Part shown: positions 39,301-51,614 of the stretch, piece by piece
Layout: each line of letters opens with the position of its first letter
Position numbering within the stretch: position 1 is the stretch's first letter
Assembly (NCBI GenBank): GCA_051362555.1
Contig: CM120644.1
Coordinates: forward strand, 3,170,954-3,234,953
Origin: Lingula anatina
Lineage: Eukaryota; Animalia; Brachiopoda
DNA length: 64,000 nucleotides
Reading direction: 5' to 3'
Notes under the pieces: model-generated
What the model saw: the letters and a program-made list of their open reading frames with translations, nothing else
Told to the model about the DNA's origin: nothing
Database searches by the model: none
Position numbers and translations under genes: made by a program

Positions 39301-42300
39301 TTGCTTTCACCGCAATGTCTCCCTGTACATCTCAAAAGGATACATAAACATCATATTCTTGAGGTATTTTATCATTCTTGTGGTCTGAAATTTGCATGAC
39401 ATGTAGACATACAAAAAATGACTTTGGGACAATTTTGGACGCAGATAATTATAAAGCACCTTTAAGTCTAGGTCAATTTGGATATTAATGGTATCGTAAC
39501 GTCATCTGTTCAAGTATATCAGTGGAGGATTTAACAGGGGAGCAGGACCCCACGGGGAGTCAGGGGGGGTCCTGACCCCCCTTCGGTTTCTGAAAAAATC
39601 ACACTAATATTCCCCTCTAAAAAGCCTTTAGCGGGCCCCAAAACCCTCCACAAGGGAGCCGAGAGGCGGCTTCGAATCCAATGCCTGTCATTCGCTAAAA
39701 ACACTGACCCCCCCTCCTTCAAATCCTGGATTTGCCCCTGTCTTACAACCTGTATATAGCAGACAAAAATGTGTCTTCTTTGCAGAATTATTTGTCAAAC
39801 TGCTATACCTTTGTACGCGGGTTCAAATGCTAGAGTGTTTCTGATTTCTGAAAAATTGAATTTTATTGCTAGAAGAAGAAAAACGTATGGGCGGGTGGGT
39901 CAGGCATATCGCTGTCGTTGGCGTGTGCAGCTGCAAGAAAAAAAAACAAACAAAGCCGTCATCAACTATGGTAACAGAAAGTCACGAGTTCCAAGTTCCG
40001 GATAACGCATATCAGTCCGTTACAGCAACGACCTGGCCCTGCAACCGGGAAGTCACGGGAAAAAAAGCCGGTATAGTTCAGAATATGTGATCGATTTGAC
40101 AACAACTTAATTGCTGGTCATTATCTTAGTCTTCCTTTCTCTTCACTATTAAAGATTTTAAAATGATGCTTAGGCAGGGATGGTCATAGTTCTCTATCCT
40201 TTACCATCTATGCAACAGATCAAACTTTAATGGAGTCAATAGCTAATCCGGCATGGCGGCATGCATGTCATACTGCCCTTACAAAAAAAAAAAAATTGCT
40301 CGTGTACATGATGAACTATGACAACGTTGATGATGATACCCAGTTCGCAGACTGACGATGCGCGGGATGAAATACATATGCACGGCTCACGGCCTATTGA
40401 TTGTAAAAGCAGATATATACATGTACAGCCAAACTGGCCCTTTCTGTGAGAAAGTATAAAGTTTCTATTTGATCCGCATGTTACCAACGAAGCTTCTGTG
40501 GCACCGTGGTAACGTCGACGTCTTGGACACAACTATACAACCATACGCGGGTTCGAATCCCAAGATGTTCTATTTGGTATTTTTGCTCGAAATCATTTTT
40601 TAAATATTGCGTTTGGTTACTTTAAGAGGAAACTCGTATGTACGGAGGGTGGGCGGTTCAGTCACGGCGCAGTCGATAGCGTGCTTGGTTGTAAAAAACA
40701 CCAAGCCATCAGCAAACCATGGTAACGGCAAGTCACGAGTTCAAATCCCAGATGGTGCATGTCATTTCACCACAACAACGAGCTGCCCGCAGTCTACTAC
40801 GAATGCAGGCATTCGTGTGTCCTAGCAAAATTTTTTTCATAAAAATCCAGCATAGTTTAGAATTAGTGATTGCTTTTGACAAAAACTAATTGCTCGTCAT
40901 TACGATAAAGCCAGCTTCGTCAACTATTTTTATCTTTGTTTTAGAGTCTTTAAAATGATAGTTATGCGGGGATGGTCAATGGTCTCTATCCTTTACCAAC
41001 TACACAACAGATCACAATTGAATCAAGTCAATGCCTTGCCCGGCATGGCGTCATGCATGGCATACAACCCTTTCATAAAAAAAGCTATCTGCTCCTTGGG
41101 GCTATCAGCAAGAAAAGTTTTTTTCAAAAGTCACATTGCTGCTATTGCTTTATCTAATCATATATTGCGTTTCTAATGCCCCCCCCCCCCCTTTTTCCTT
41201 GCTTTTTAAGACTGTACATATTTTCATACAGTATCCGGGGCAACTCCACAGTCGACGCTTGAAACGGTAAAGACTGCTCACAACTAAAACCGCCATTTTG
41301 TGAACCCCTTTCGCTCTCACTGTGTTCTATAACGTTACAGGAGAAGTCGAACGTAAACTCAGTGTAAAACAAAATGAAAATAACAGCATCTGAAATCATC
41401 TTACTAGGAAGGTTCCGGGCAGACTTTTAAAAAAGCGACACGAATTGATTCAGTAGCTTTCCCGTTATAGGACCACGTCATACGACCTGTACATATATTC
41501 ATACGATTCATATGAAACTCGTTCAACTCCACAGTGGACGTTTGAAATGACAAAGACTACTCATAACTTAAACCGCTAAGGTGTGAGCTGTTTTGGCTCT
41601 CATCGTGCTCTATGACGTCACAGTTGAAGTCAAAATCAGTGTACATGTAATCTCAGTAATCTCTCAGTAATCTCAGTGTAAAACAAAATGAAAGTAAAAG
41701 GATATAAGAAGTCATCTAACTAGGAACGTCCGGGCAATAAAAACGATCAAACTTGAATTGATTCAGTAGCTTTCCCACCTTAACACCACGTCATACAGTG
41801 GCGGATTTAGGAGGTTCTGAAGAAAAGGTCAAACTAATTTTCTTCCCTTGAAATTAGAATTTTGATTAGCTGATTCATAGTTCTAAACCACACCAAAAAG
41901 GCGCCGTTTGCTCTCTAAAATACTCCAAGCGGGCCGACGGTTGGCTTTTTATCCGAGGCCTGTCATTTCTAAAGAAATCAGACCCCCATTTAAATAATCC
42001 TTTATCCACCCCTGGAGAGACTGTCAGATTAATGTTTGACTATTACGTAAGATTGTCGCCTAAATGGCTGACTTTTGGGTGCCTTGGGACCAGTGAAAGG
42101 GAGTACCCCCCCCCCCCCCCCCGGACGAATTACCTGTAAGAACCCGGTAAAGTGGCACGGTAAACAGTGGCGGATTTAGGGGTTGCCAAGGGGGTCCGCC
42201 CTCCCCCTTCTATTTTAAAAAAAATCATCCCAATGGTCCCTTCTCGAATTTAGAATTTTACTAGCTGAATCATAGTTCTAAACCGTACCAAGTGTCACAG

Positions 42301-43741
42301 TTCGCCCTCTAAAATGCCATTTTCCGGCCCCTTCAGCGAGCTCCGGACCCCACGCCAAGGAGGGGGGGGGGTCGACTTCGCGTCCGCAGACCCCCCTTCA
42401 AAAAATTTTGGACCCTGTATATATTTATATATATAGCAAATGAGAAGCGCTGAGCAACGCTTTCTTACCTGCAGTAGGATTAACTTGTCTACTGCATGTG
42501 TTGGTAAAAATTTATGGATTTATATTTTCGAATGTATGGAGACTGATATTTAAAAAGTATTAAGAATTCGGCTCTTTCACGTACAGTATATACATGTTTG
42601 CATCTCACCCCCACTCCCCCCCCCCCCCACACACACACGCACATACAGACGCACACACAGGCCTACGCACATGTACACACTCACGCACATACTGTATGCA
42701 CATTAAAGGAAGACGATTTTTTTTAAATCTAAGTTCAAAACCTTGAACTCTGTTAACTCCAAGTCTCAGAGCGTGGCGTGTATATATCTGCCTTAATTTC
42801 TTCCAGAACGCATCCCCGGAGTGTTCCAGCAACGGTGTCCTATCCTGTGGTAGCTGCGTCTGTAATGAGGGCTACTTTGGACGCTGGTGCGAATGCAATT
42901 TGGAGAAACTGACCAACTCCACCTGGGATCAGTGTCGAAGGTAAAACACAGATGACCGGTGTAACGAAACCGAGGGTCCGTGTAACAGAAAGTCCGCCCT
43001 CCATTTATTTCTAATGGTTAGGGTTAGCCTGACATAAGTGGGTCAAAATCGAAGGAGAGGCTTACCTATACAAATGGATGGGAAGCGTAGTCTCTATCAC
43101 AGGGACTCTCTGTCACATTACAACGGCCTGGAGGCAGAAATTCCAAATGGGGTTTTGGGGGGTACTTTTTCTGAAAAAGCGATTCTTTCTGCCTCCTATT
43201 ATCAGTAAGGCCTTGTAGACCAAACTTGAGAAATGCCATAAAATGTCAATTGAAATTTGTATTTTGTTTCAGATCTTATAAGATTTCCGGCCTATAAGTT
43301 ATATTGAATTTATTTTCATGTCATGTTTCAATTAAAAGTGACATGTTTGATGGTAGTTCTTAACGAAAGAAAGTTTTTTGAGTTTTTTTTTGGTGTTTGT
43401 TTCCTTTTTCTTTCCTTTTCTTTTTTGACAATTTAAGTTAAATTAATTTACTATTATCCCAACGACAAGAATATTTATTTTCTCGTAGCGATGAAAATAG
43501 CTCGGTGTGTTTCGGCCAGGGGGAGTGTTTCTGCGGGTCCTGCTACTGCAACCGTGTCCCAGGAGAGAGGGTGAAGTTTGACGGGGACTACTGTTTTTGT
43601 GACAACACCTCATGTCCACGAGACACTGACTTCAGGATGTGTGGAGGTAGGTTCGCAGCCTCGGTCTTCTTTATATGCTGTACAGTGTGTTGTGTAGCGA
43701 GTCTGTAAAATGTATCTGCAAAACAGTTTAGTGCACAATTA

Positions 43742-43790
<49 letters not shown>

Positions 43791-46700
43791 CTTAATAATG
43801 TTAAAACATACACAAGTCTGGGACATCCTAAACTTGAAATTGGTTCGAGCATTTATATTAAATTTAAATTTACTTTTACCCTAGATAACATAACATTTAT
43901 TAATATATATCTAGGTCCTCTGCACGGCAATTGTGTTTGTGGCAGCTGTGAATGTGAACCGGGGTTCAGTGGCGACGCCTGTCAGTGTAACTCCACGTCC
44001 GGTACATTACTGTGTACATCGTCCAATGGGGTGAGTGTGCCCTCCGATCACAGTCTCTGGTACAGCGTGATCTGGTACAAAATCGAATAAGATATTTATT
44101 CAGTTTTGTAACAGACTACAGAGACTGCTGTCTTGTGATGGCAAAACAAAGCAAAAGTCCGAGTTTTTTGTCTCTAATAATAGTTTAATTTGTAATATTT
44201 TTTTCCAAAGCACGCCATGTTATTTAGTCCGTTATATAACAAAAAATTAAAATACTTATAAAGAAATAAAAAATTACGGTAGGTGATGATTTTTTTTTTT
44301 TTTTTGCTGGGAATTTCAACAAATTTCTATGAAATGTCAGGATACACCCTCGTCAAAACCATAGAGAAAATAGTGATGTATAGATCCACTTTTGGGTTTT
44401 TTAAGTCGTGCGTAAATATAGTTAAAGATATTTGATAATTCCCCAGTGTTCCTCATAGTGTCTCAAAGTTTGGAAAGGTGGAACTTTGAAAACTGGATTA
44501 AAACCGCTTTGTTTTGAACGGTTTTAATAGGTAACTACAGGTAGTATAGCGTAGTGATCAAGAGAAAATTGGTTAAATATTTTTGGATTTTTTCTCATTC
44601 CTAATTTATTTATTTATTTATATGCTAAGAAAATCCATAACATATAATTTCAGTTGCTGTGTAATGGGAAGGGTGACTGTCGCTGTGGTCGCTGCTACTG
44701 TGACGTCAACTCCGGCTACTCCGGCCCCACCTGTGAAATATGTCCGGTAGGGGGTGCTGCAGTCGCGACCAATCATGCGACTTTCACTTAATAATTTTCA
44801 TATTAATGTTTCATATTAATGATTTTGTGTAAATAGTCTTCATATTTACTTATCTATTTATTGAGTTTACTTAATTACATTTTGACTTTTAGGCCTATGC
44901 ATAAGAAAAGATAAAATATATTACTCCTATAAATTAACATCTTCCCAAATTAAAAATTGGAACAATTTGTGGGAAAAACTCTGAATTATTATGTGCCTGG
45001 CCGCAGTTTGGTAAACTTAAGATAGTTCTCAAGTAAAAAAAGGATCCACAGTATTTTGTATCTCATATAAAGTTAATAACTACCTTGCTTTGTTTACTTC
45101 CAGACATGTCGTGAAGTCCGGTGTCCCGATATCATAAGCTGTATTCGATGCACGTTGAAAGCACGAGTCCAAGAAGCGCATGCGTTACACACTCCAGAGG
45201 TCCTTCAATTTGAAGCAGAGTGCGACAACATCTGCAGGTTACACGAAATACAGACGGTTTCAGATATCCGAGGTACATGCCGTTTATCCCACTTAGACCC
45301 TCGTTTTTAAAATAAAATCCAATGCAGAATTCAAATAAACGTCTTTAAAATGTCAAGAAATTACAGTGAAATCACTTCATCAAAAAGTATTTTGAGTAAG
45401 AAAACGTAATAAAGCTTACTCGATTTTTTAAGCTCGCACAAAAGCTCGCACAAAAGCTACACGACCCCTTAATATTCCAGAGGCGGACCTGTTTGACTTC
45501 GTGTGTCGCGTCCCCACTGGCCATAAAAATTGCTTCAACCTCGTCACCTACAAAGAATTGGGGCAGGAGAAAGTCGCCATGAAGATAAAGACCGTGGAAG
45601 GTACATGTAGGGTTTTTTTATGAAGCTCTTTTATTGTGTCATCTCTTATTGTGCACTATGCCATTTTATGATTATGATATACTTAAAAGTGCTATATAGC
45701 TCAAACGTGTCTGTTTTTTTTTTTTTTTTTTTTTTTTTTTTGTTCCTTTTTTTAATTTCACTTTATTACTGAATCTTTTTTACAAGTAGAAAGCTAGTTA
45801 ACGCGACTGTGATCAATTAAGAGCTCGAGAAACTGTAGTTATTATTATTATTATTATTATTATTATGTGTTGATCTAGGCCTGGGAAGGGAATAATTGTC
45901 AGTGATTTGTTTAAAACTGATAAAAACTGACACTTTTAAGGCAGAAAAACTTAGAAGTAATCTCGACCAAGCCCCCGATTTTGATTTAAGGTGAAATGTA
46001 TTGGAATCTTCTTCTGCTCTCCGTTAAATGTATTCTTTATCGGATTTTCGCGTCAGATCTAATTTTCCACGAGAAAGAAGCATTTTGCTTCTATTCTGCG
46101 TTTCCTACCATTCCTAAAATCAAATTACTTAGTTTAAGGCAATCGCGATTCATTTCACTGCCAACCGTCTTCACGTCACAATATCGGCGTCATGCGGGCT
46201 TCAAGGGAACTTCAGTTCTATTTTATTTATTTTTTGTACTGACCGAATCGTAGTAAGAAGCTGTGTGGGCAATTTAGACATCAAGCTACAACTCTGGAAT
46301 ATTTTCAAACGTGTATGCGTAGAATTAAAATACAACTTACTTGAAACATCGTTTGCTTTCAGAATGCCCAATGAACGAAACGGCCATGTATGACCTTATT
46401 TGGAAGTGTGTCGTCATAGACCTGGCTATCCTAGTTTTAGTTCTCCTAATACTGCTGTTATGGCGCCTCATAGTCTGGTGTATAGACAGAAATGCCGTAC
46501 AACACGTATGTATGCCGCTGTGTGTAAATTCCATTGATCACATTGGATAAGCGTAAAAAATGATCATGTGATAATAAAGCCACTGAGCACAAGCTAGAAT
46601 TGTCCTGCTGTACGTTGTTGTCCTGTTGTTGAAGAGCAACAACTTGATGTACGTGAATGATGTAACAAACCTGACAACGGTCGGAGACTTGTGGCAATTG

Positions 46701-47066
46701 TGTTCATTAATTTTATTATAATATGATCAAACTACCATGCTTATCTGCGATATATTTTGCTCATAAAAGCCGTCAGTATGGTTTTTGTGCATAAAATGAT
46801 ATCAGTGTTATGATATTGGAATGAGTCTTATAACATTTGGATACGATTTTCAGTCGTTGGTTGAAGTTACTAAAGGTACACAATTTATGTAGAAAAAATA
46901 TTGGTATCCCAGAACGATTTTGGCATGCTAAATAAAATGATGTAATTTTTTTCAATTTTCAATATTTGAAGATAAAGCTCAGTTCATTTGACCCTTGTGT
47001 GATTCATTTTCCTTTCAGCCTATGATAGTTCCATTGGAGGAATTCCAGTCCACGGACGCAAAATAG
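21606..47066 (+). CDS. Putative chimeric adhesion receptor: signal peptide, 5 Ig, 2 FN3, Thr-rich stalk, complete divergent integrin beta (PSI, hybrid, betaI, 4 I-EGF, tail domain, TM, short cytoplasmic tail); ~1587 aa
   Basis: 37 phase-compatible GT-AG exons totalling 4764 nt with no internal stop: 21606-21663, 22178-22367, 22841-22998, 23836-23997, 24521-24652, 25266-25378, 25665-25845, 26178-26323, 26790-26949, 27687-27898, 28598-28703, 29203-29373, 29661-29786, 30761-30913, 31489-31611, 32269-32520, 32945-33066, 33197-33310, 33540-33594, 34076-34213, 34392-34482, 35098-35194, 35788-35874, 36361-36444, 36928-37005, 37294-37473, 37704-37783, 38547-38610, 38936-39085, 42807-42940, 43489-43646, 43915-44030, 44654-44746, 45104-45272, 45481-45600, 46363-46505, 47019-47066. 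The fusion junction 32520/32945 is inferred. Confidence 0.8.
22427..22570. mobile_element. MITE family B
   Basis: TIR-like ends GTGCCCTCTAC(A/C)AGG...CCCTGGTAGAGGGCAC; related copy at ~52803-53008 and a partial copy at ~53247. Confidence 0.6.
24296..24501. mobile_element. TTAA-flanked MITE (Kolobok/piggyBac-type)
   Basis: TTAA|AGGCACACT ... AGTGTACCT|TTAA. Confidence 0.6.
28296..28479. mobile_element. MITE family A (PIF/Harbinger-like)
   Basis: TIR GGCCGCATTCACAACAGCGGACTAACTAGTC / GACTAGTAAGTCCGCTATTCTGAATGCGACC, flanked by ATA and TAA. Confidence 0.8.
31957..32086 (-). repeat. Inverted duplicate of the PSI exon 32945-33066, with both splice sites
   Basis: Reverse complement reads ctccag|GATTCTACTACGAGAAG...TGGTGTAAACAACAG|gtac. 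It differs from the + exon only at the first two bases and two synonymous positions. Confidence 0.95.
39520..39740. mobile_element. CAG(T/G)GGCGGA-type MITE (hAT-like); related copies at ~41796-42013 and ~42166-42416
   Basis: Ends CAGTGGAGGATTTA ... TGGATTTGCCCCTG; the other copies start CAGTGGCGGATTTAGG. Confidence 0.6.
39813..41795 (+). repeat. Two diverged local duplications in the largest intron of the chimeric gene
   Basis: ~39813-40290 resembles ~40543-41080 (TACGCGGGTTC.., AAGTCACGAGTTC.., GGGATGGTCA.., CCGGCATGGCG); ~41240-41483 resembles ~41523-41796 (CAACTCCACAGT.., GAATTGATTCAGTAGCTTTCCC). Confidence 0.75.
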
Positions 47067-50000
47067 CTCAAATAGTGTTTGTCAGTATTAGGTTCTCGTA
47101 TATTTGGTGGTGGTGGTGGTGGTGGTGGTGGTGGGGGGGGGGGGGTTCTTGACCCAAGAACACATGTTGAATAAAAGCGCTTAATTTTTTGTTATATTGT
47201 TTATTTGTTGTGCATGCTTGACTGGAAAGCACATGCTGTTTAAAAGCGCTTAGTTTTATATGAAGTTTTTTTTTTTTTTTGTCATAAGAAAGAATGAGCA
47301 TTGTATACAACATGTACGCCGTGTAATAAACATACTAAAATGGCGGTATTAGCCTTTTTCATCTTTTGCGGAAATACAAAGTGCGCATGACAGGAACCGC
47401 GCGCCACAGGGGACATGGTGGTCCTCTGCTGTTTCCAGCATGGCGATGCTAGGTGTAGATGATGTACAAGGTGCGCATATAAAAAGGTCGTATGAAGCGT
47501 GCATTGCTTTCTGCCAAACTAAAAAGGTGGCTGATGCACAGAAATGCGTAAACTGTAGGCAAGATACAGCTATTTGGACGGAGAATCGAGCAATTAAATG
47601 TTTTCTTTCTCAGTTTAAATACGATGCGCTGTACAACTAGACTTCACCTAAGCGTCCGAGCCTTGATTGCACTGTCAATATTGATGACGAACTAAAGCTT
47701 CAGAGTTCTTTAAAATGCTTCCAATAATAAAGATATGCGAAAGAGACTCGTTATTTTTTTATATATAAAATCAAAATAGCCAGTAGACTTGTACACAGCT
47801 TTCAAGAGTGTGGACAGGTGCGTAGGCCTACGTCTTCACAATATTACATGTAGGCCTACATATGCAAGCTGTAGCGATATCAACTCATTTACCGGCAGTG
47901 TCAATTCTTTACGATTTTTATATCTTGTTTGAAGGATGTCTTAAGAGATTTTTGAAGTGATAAAATGAAAAGATCCCCTGCATTGTTTGAGCGGTACCTA
48001 CTGTGTATACAGGTAAAACTGATACGCAGATCGTTCGTCGGCGAACTGATTAAATCGTTTGGTACCTGATAAGACATCAGGTGTTACTTGTTCAATTGTT
48101 CGGTAAGGGGGGCGGCCACAACTACGACCTTTCCTCTGTAATTAAAACCTTCCAATTTTAAGTGTTAAATAGATGAGACAGGAATTCTCGACTATTTCCC
48201 GGAAGATAATTAAAGTTTACCGTGTCTTACTCTAGTATGTGTACAAAATTTACGACAGGTAAAAAATGTCAGACTTTCGGTCTGACAAGTATGAAAATTT
48301 TGTCAAACTGAAACAAAACCGTCAGGCAAAAACAAAATTCTGGCAAGAGGCCAAATTATTTGATTTTTAAATTTTTTTATGCGTATTTTCATCGTTTTCA
48401 ATCAAAGACAATAAAATCATTCAAATAAAGTGTTTTCCACACATTTCATACTTTTCATCTATCTAAGACAGTTAAAATATACGCAGGCCTTCTTTAATAC
48501 TTAGCATATTTGTATTACTTTACAAATAGGCCTACGTTGTTAGTGATTTTTATTATCCATTTTGTCTTTACCATACATGTATTATGTACGTGTAACTTAC
48601 AGAACGTTTCTCCTTTTTTTTTTTTCTGTAAATACATGCCCATTGAATTTTCCAATTCTCTTGTCATTGAGTTCAGAAATAAATAACTTTTTATTTTGCC
48701 GATAACGCGTTCAACAAGAGCCGATGTACTTTCTTCTTCGTATGTCTCTGTTGATCTTGATAATATGAGCCCCGTTTGTACAACTCAGTAATACGTATAC
48801 GGGACTGGATATATAATAATAAAAATTTAATTAACGTCTCACGTTAAAAAAATAGAACCCACCCTACTAAGGGTTATGAGAGACTAAAACCTGTGATAGG
48901 TCTACAACATTTAAAATGATCACTTATCAATAAAACACACAAAAAGGTTATTACATACAAAACTTTTCAAACCTTCTCTTTGTTGTTACACAAAAAGTCG
49001 TGAAAGTTCTTGAATTTTTGTAATTAGAATCCCCGTGTAAAACTTCACACCTTTTACATGTACTTTCTTTTTCCATAATCTCATGCTTAAAATCTTTTCA
49101 TTCTTTTTAGGCCCCTATTCTTCAATTTTTTCTTCAGAACTATATAATGTTTTTTCTAGCATTGTTTACCCCCGAGTTCTATTTGCCGATAGTTCGTTAT
49201 ATCCGTTGATTAACTAAGCATTTCTGTTTTTTATTGAAGCACCGTTGATCTCCTAATATTATATTTTTTCTTCCCGCCTTCAAAATGTTCAGCGCAAACG
49301 CGGTGTCCTGCTTTTATATTTTCCTTTCTTTCTACCATATTTTTCATTCTTACGGGTTTGTTGGGAAGTTATTAAACCTCATGTGTCAATCTCGCTTACT
49401 GTTATTGTAGCAGCGGGACAAAGCACGTAAACCCAGCCATGGTTTTTAGCACCGCTGTAAGTGTTTCGACGTAGCATGGCTCCCCTACCCACAATGCAAT
49501 TTCCATTTCCGGAAAAGATGAAAAAGGCTTATTGGCCAGATTACATACAGGTGTTGGAGTATAGGCCTTTGTAACAGATGAGACATTTCACTTTTTTAGA
49601 ACTATACTATTAGACTGTTGTTATTTACCATCCTTCAGGAAAAAGAACTCTGACTTTATTTATAATATTGATAGCTAAGTGTTAGAACATTATGGCAGCA
49701 AGGTTACGGAAATTAACTTGATACATGTAATGTCAAAGAAGTGATATTTAAATGGTTCAACCACTGGTTAGTTCAAAGAGTTTTGGGTACAAAGAGCTTT
49801 ATATTTTTACACCACCTATATCTTTAATAATTTTTAGCTACTTACAACTGCTTGTCCGTCGGCGCAACACTGTTTTTTCTTTTTTTTTTCTTTCTTTTTT
49901 TAAAGAATAACTTATAATGGTATAAAGCAGGTTTTTAATATTTATAACGAATAATAAACTTTCGTTTTTAAAAAAAACAACAAATTCGGTCTTGCTGTCA

Positions 50001-51125
50001 TTGTTTTCATTGTATGTCCATAGGCGCAGCATTGTGAGTGCGTGCGGGCAAACGTATCTTAAGAGCTTGTTTGTTAATTATTTTTTGAGTCCCTGAGGAA
50101 GGCAACAAGCCGAAAGCCCCAGGCATTGTACCCAATACTTTACCGATACATACGTTACCAAATTGCTTGTATATTGTTGTTGTTGTCATTTTCGTTGTCT
50201 GTTGTCCGTCGGCGCTACAATGTGCGTGCGACGTCATACATGGGCGCACGTGTGTTTCGACGTCACACATTCTTCTTTGTTACATTTCCGTAGGACTTTG
50301 ATATCCCTCGACACTTACGTTACCTACTTTCTTTTTAATAAATGTTAGCTGCTTTCAACTTCTTATGAGTCACCACCTTATTATTTTTTTTACTTTATAT
50401 TACGTTATTATAAAATGGAAAAGGGACAAAAAGGGAAGTTGTCTTCAAACGATTTGCAAAAGATTTACCCGTGATACATACGTTACCGACTTTTTAATAA
50501 CTGCTAGCAGATTGAAACTTTTTATGTGTCATGGCCTTTTTTTTACTGTATGTTACGTTATGTTATAGGCGTAGTGGTTGTGAGGGAAAAAGTAAAAGAT
50601 CACCCTTTCCTTTTTGAATCACGTTAGTCAGAATCGCACGTCACCCGTACAAAACGGTCATACAAACAATAACACAGGGCATGGACGACCTCAATTTCCA
50701 ATAAATCGCAACAAAGCGCGTACATGCACTATCTAGAAGAATGCGGAGACTTCGGACGACCTGACACCGATCTGTTATAAATAAACCCCAAGAAAGGGAG
50801 GAAGGGCTAAATGAAAATTCTCCTCCTCCCCGCTTTTCATAGCCTAGTTCCGTGCTATTGAATACCGTCACCAATGCAAGTGCTTGGACCACAATACGGT
50901 GTCCTGGTTTAACCTGAAATGGACATGCCACATGCGCTGTAAGAAAGGCGCTGCACGGTGCTAGCGACACACGTTATCATCTACCTGTAGTGTTAAGATT
51001 GCAGACTGGAACCATTGTCAACTTATACTGGCCTAGAGCACGGCGCTGCTGTCACTTTAAATGTTGACGTTAAATTTTAAAAACAGAATTAAGCTAGAAC
51101 AGGGCTAAGGATACGTGAAGACGGT

Positions 51126-51569
51126 ATGTCAGTCACCTCTATTATATACGCGGTGGTGATCGCAGCCAGTGTGACAGGTAAGAGTCATCTTATTTAATAT
51201 CTACATGCATGATAGTAAAGTTGAACTCGCAATAGTACTTAAAAATCCCTGCAAAATGTTTTATGACCATGTGCAAAATATTCTATGGAGCGTAGTTTTC
51301 TGAAGACACTCTGTTTGCTTGCACAGTGCCTGCAAGTACTCGCACGTGTGTTTTTCATTGTGAGCGCACGTACGTTTCGCGTGAACGCGCATGTTTGTGT
51401 GTGTGTGCGTATGTTTAAATAAATGGGTTTGTATACGAATCTGTGTCCTTGCGACAGCTTGTTTGGATATGAGCGGGTGTGCGAGTGATAGCGGATTCGA
51501 AACTTTCAAAGAATTAGTAAATTATGTTAAAGTGCTAGAATTTGCGTGTGTTCAAGAAAAAAATGTAGG

Positions 51570-51614
<45 letters not shown>

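Larger units (their letters stand above)
32945..47066 (+). other. Divergent integrin beta module of the chimeric gene
   Basis: PSI ([19 protein letters not shown]), [55 protein letters not shown] repeats ([29 protein letters not shown]) and a TM ending LLWRL. Intron phases match the upstream integrin. Confidence 0.93.

Noticed and set aside
47100-51000. Additional gene between the chimeric gene and the single-Ig gene
   Set aside because: Only short low-complexity ORFs; no coherent spliced frame or recognisable motif found by eye.
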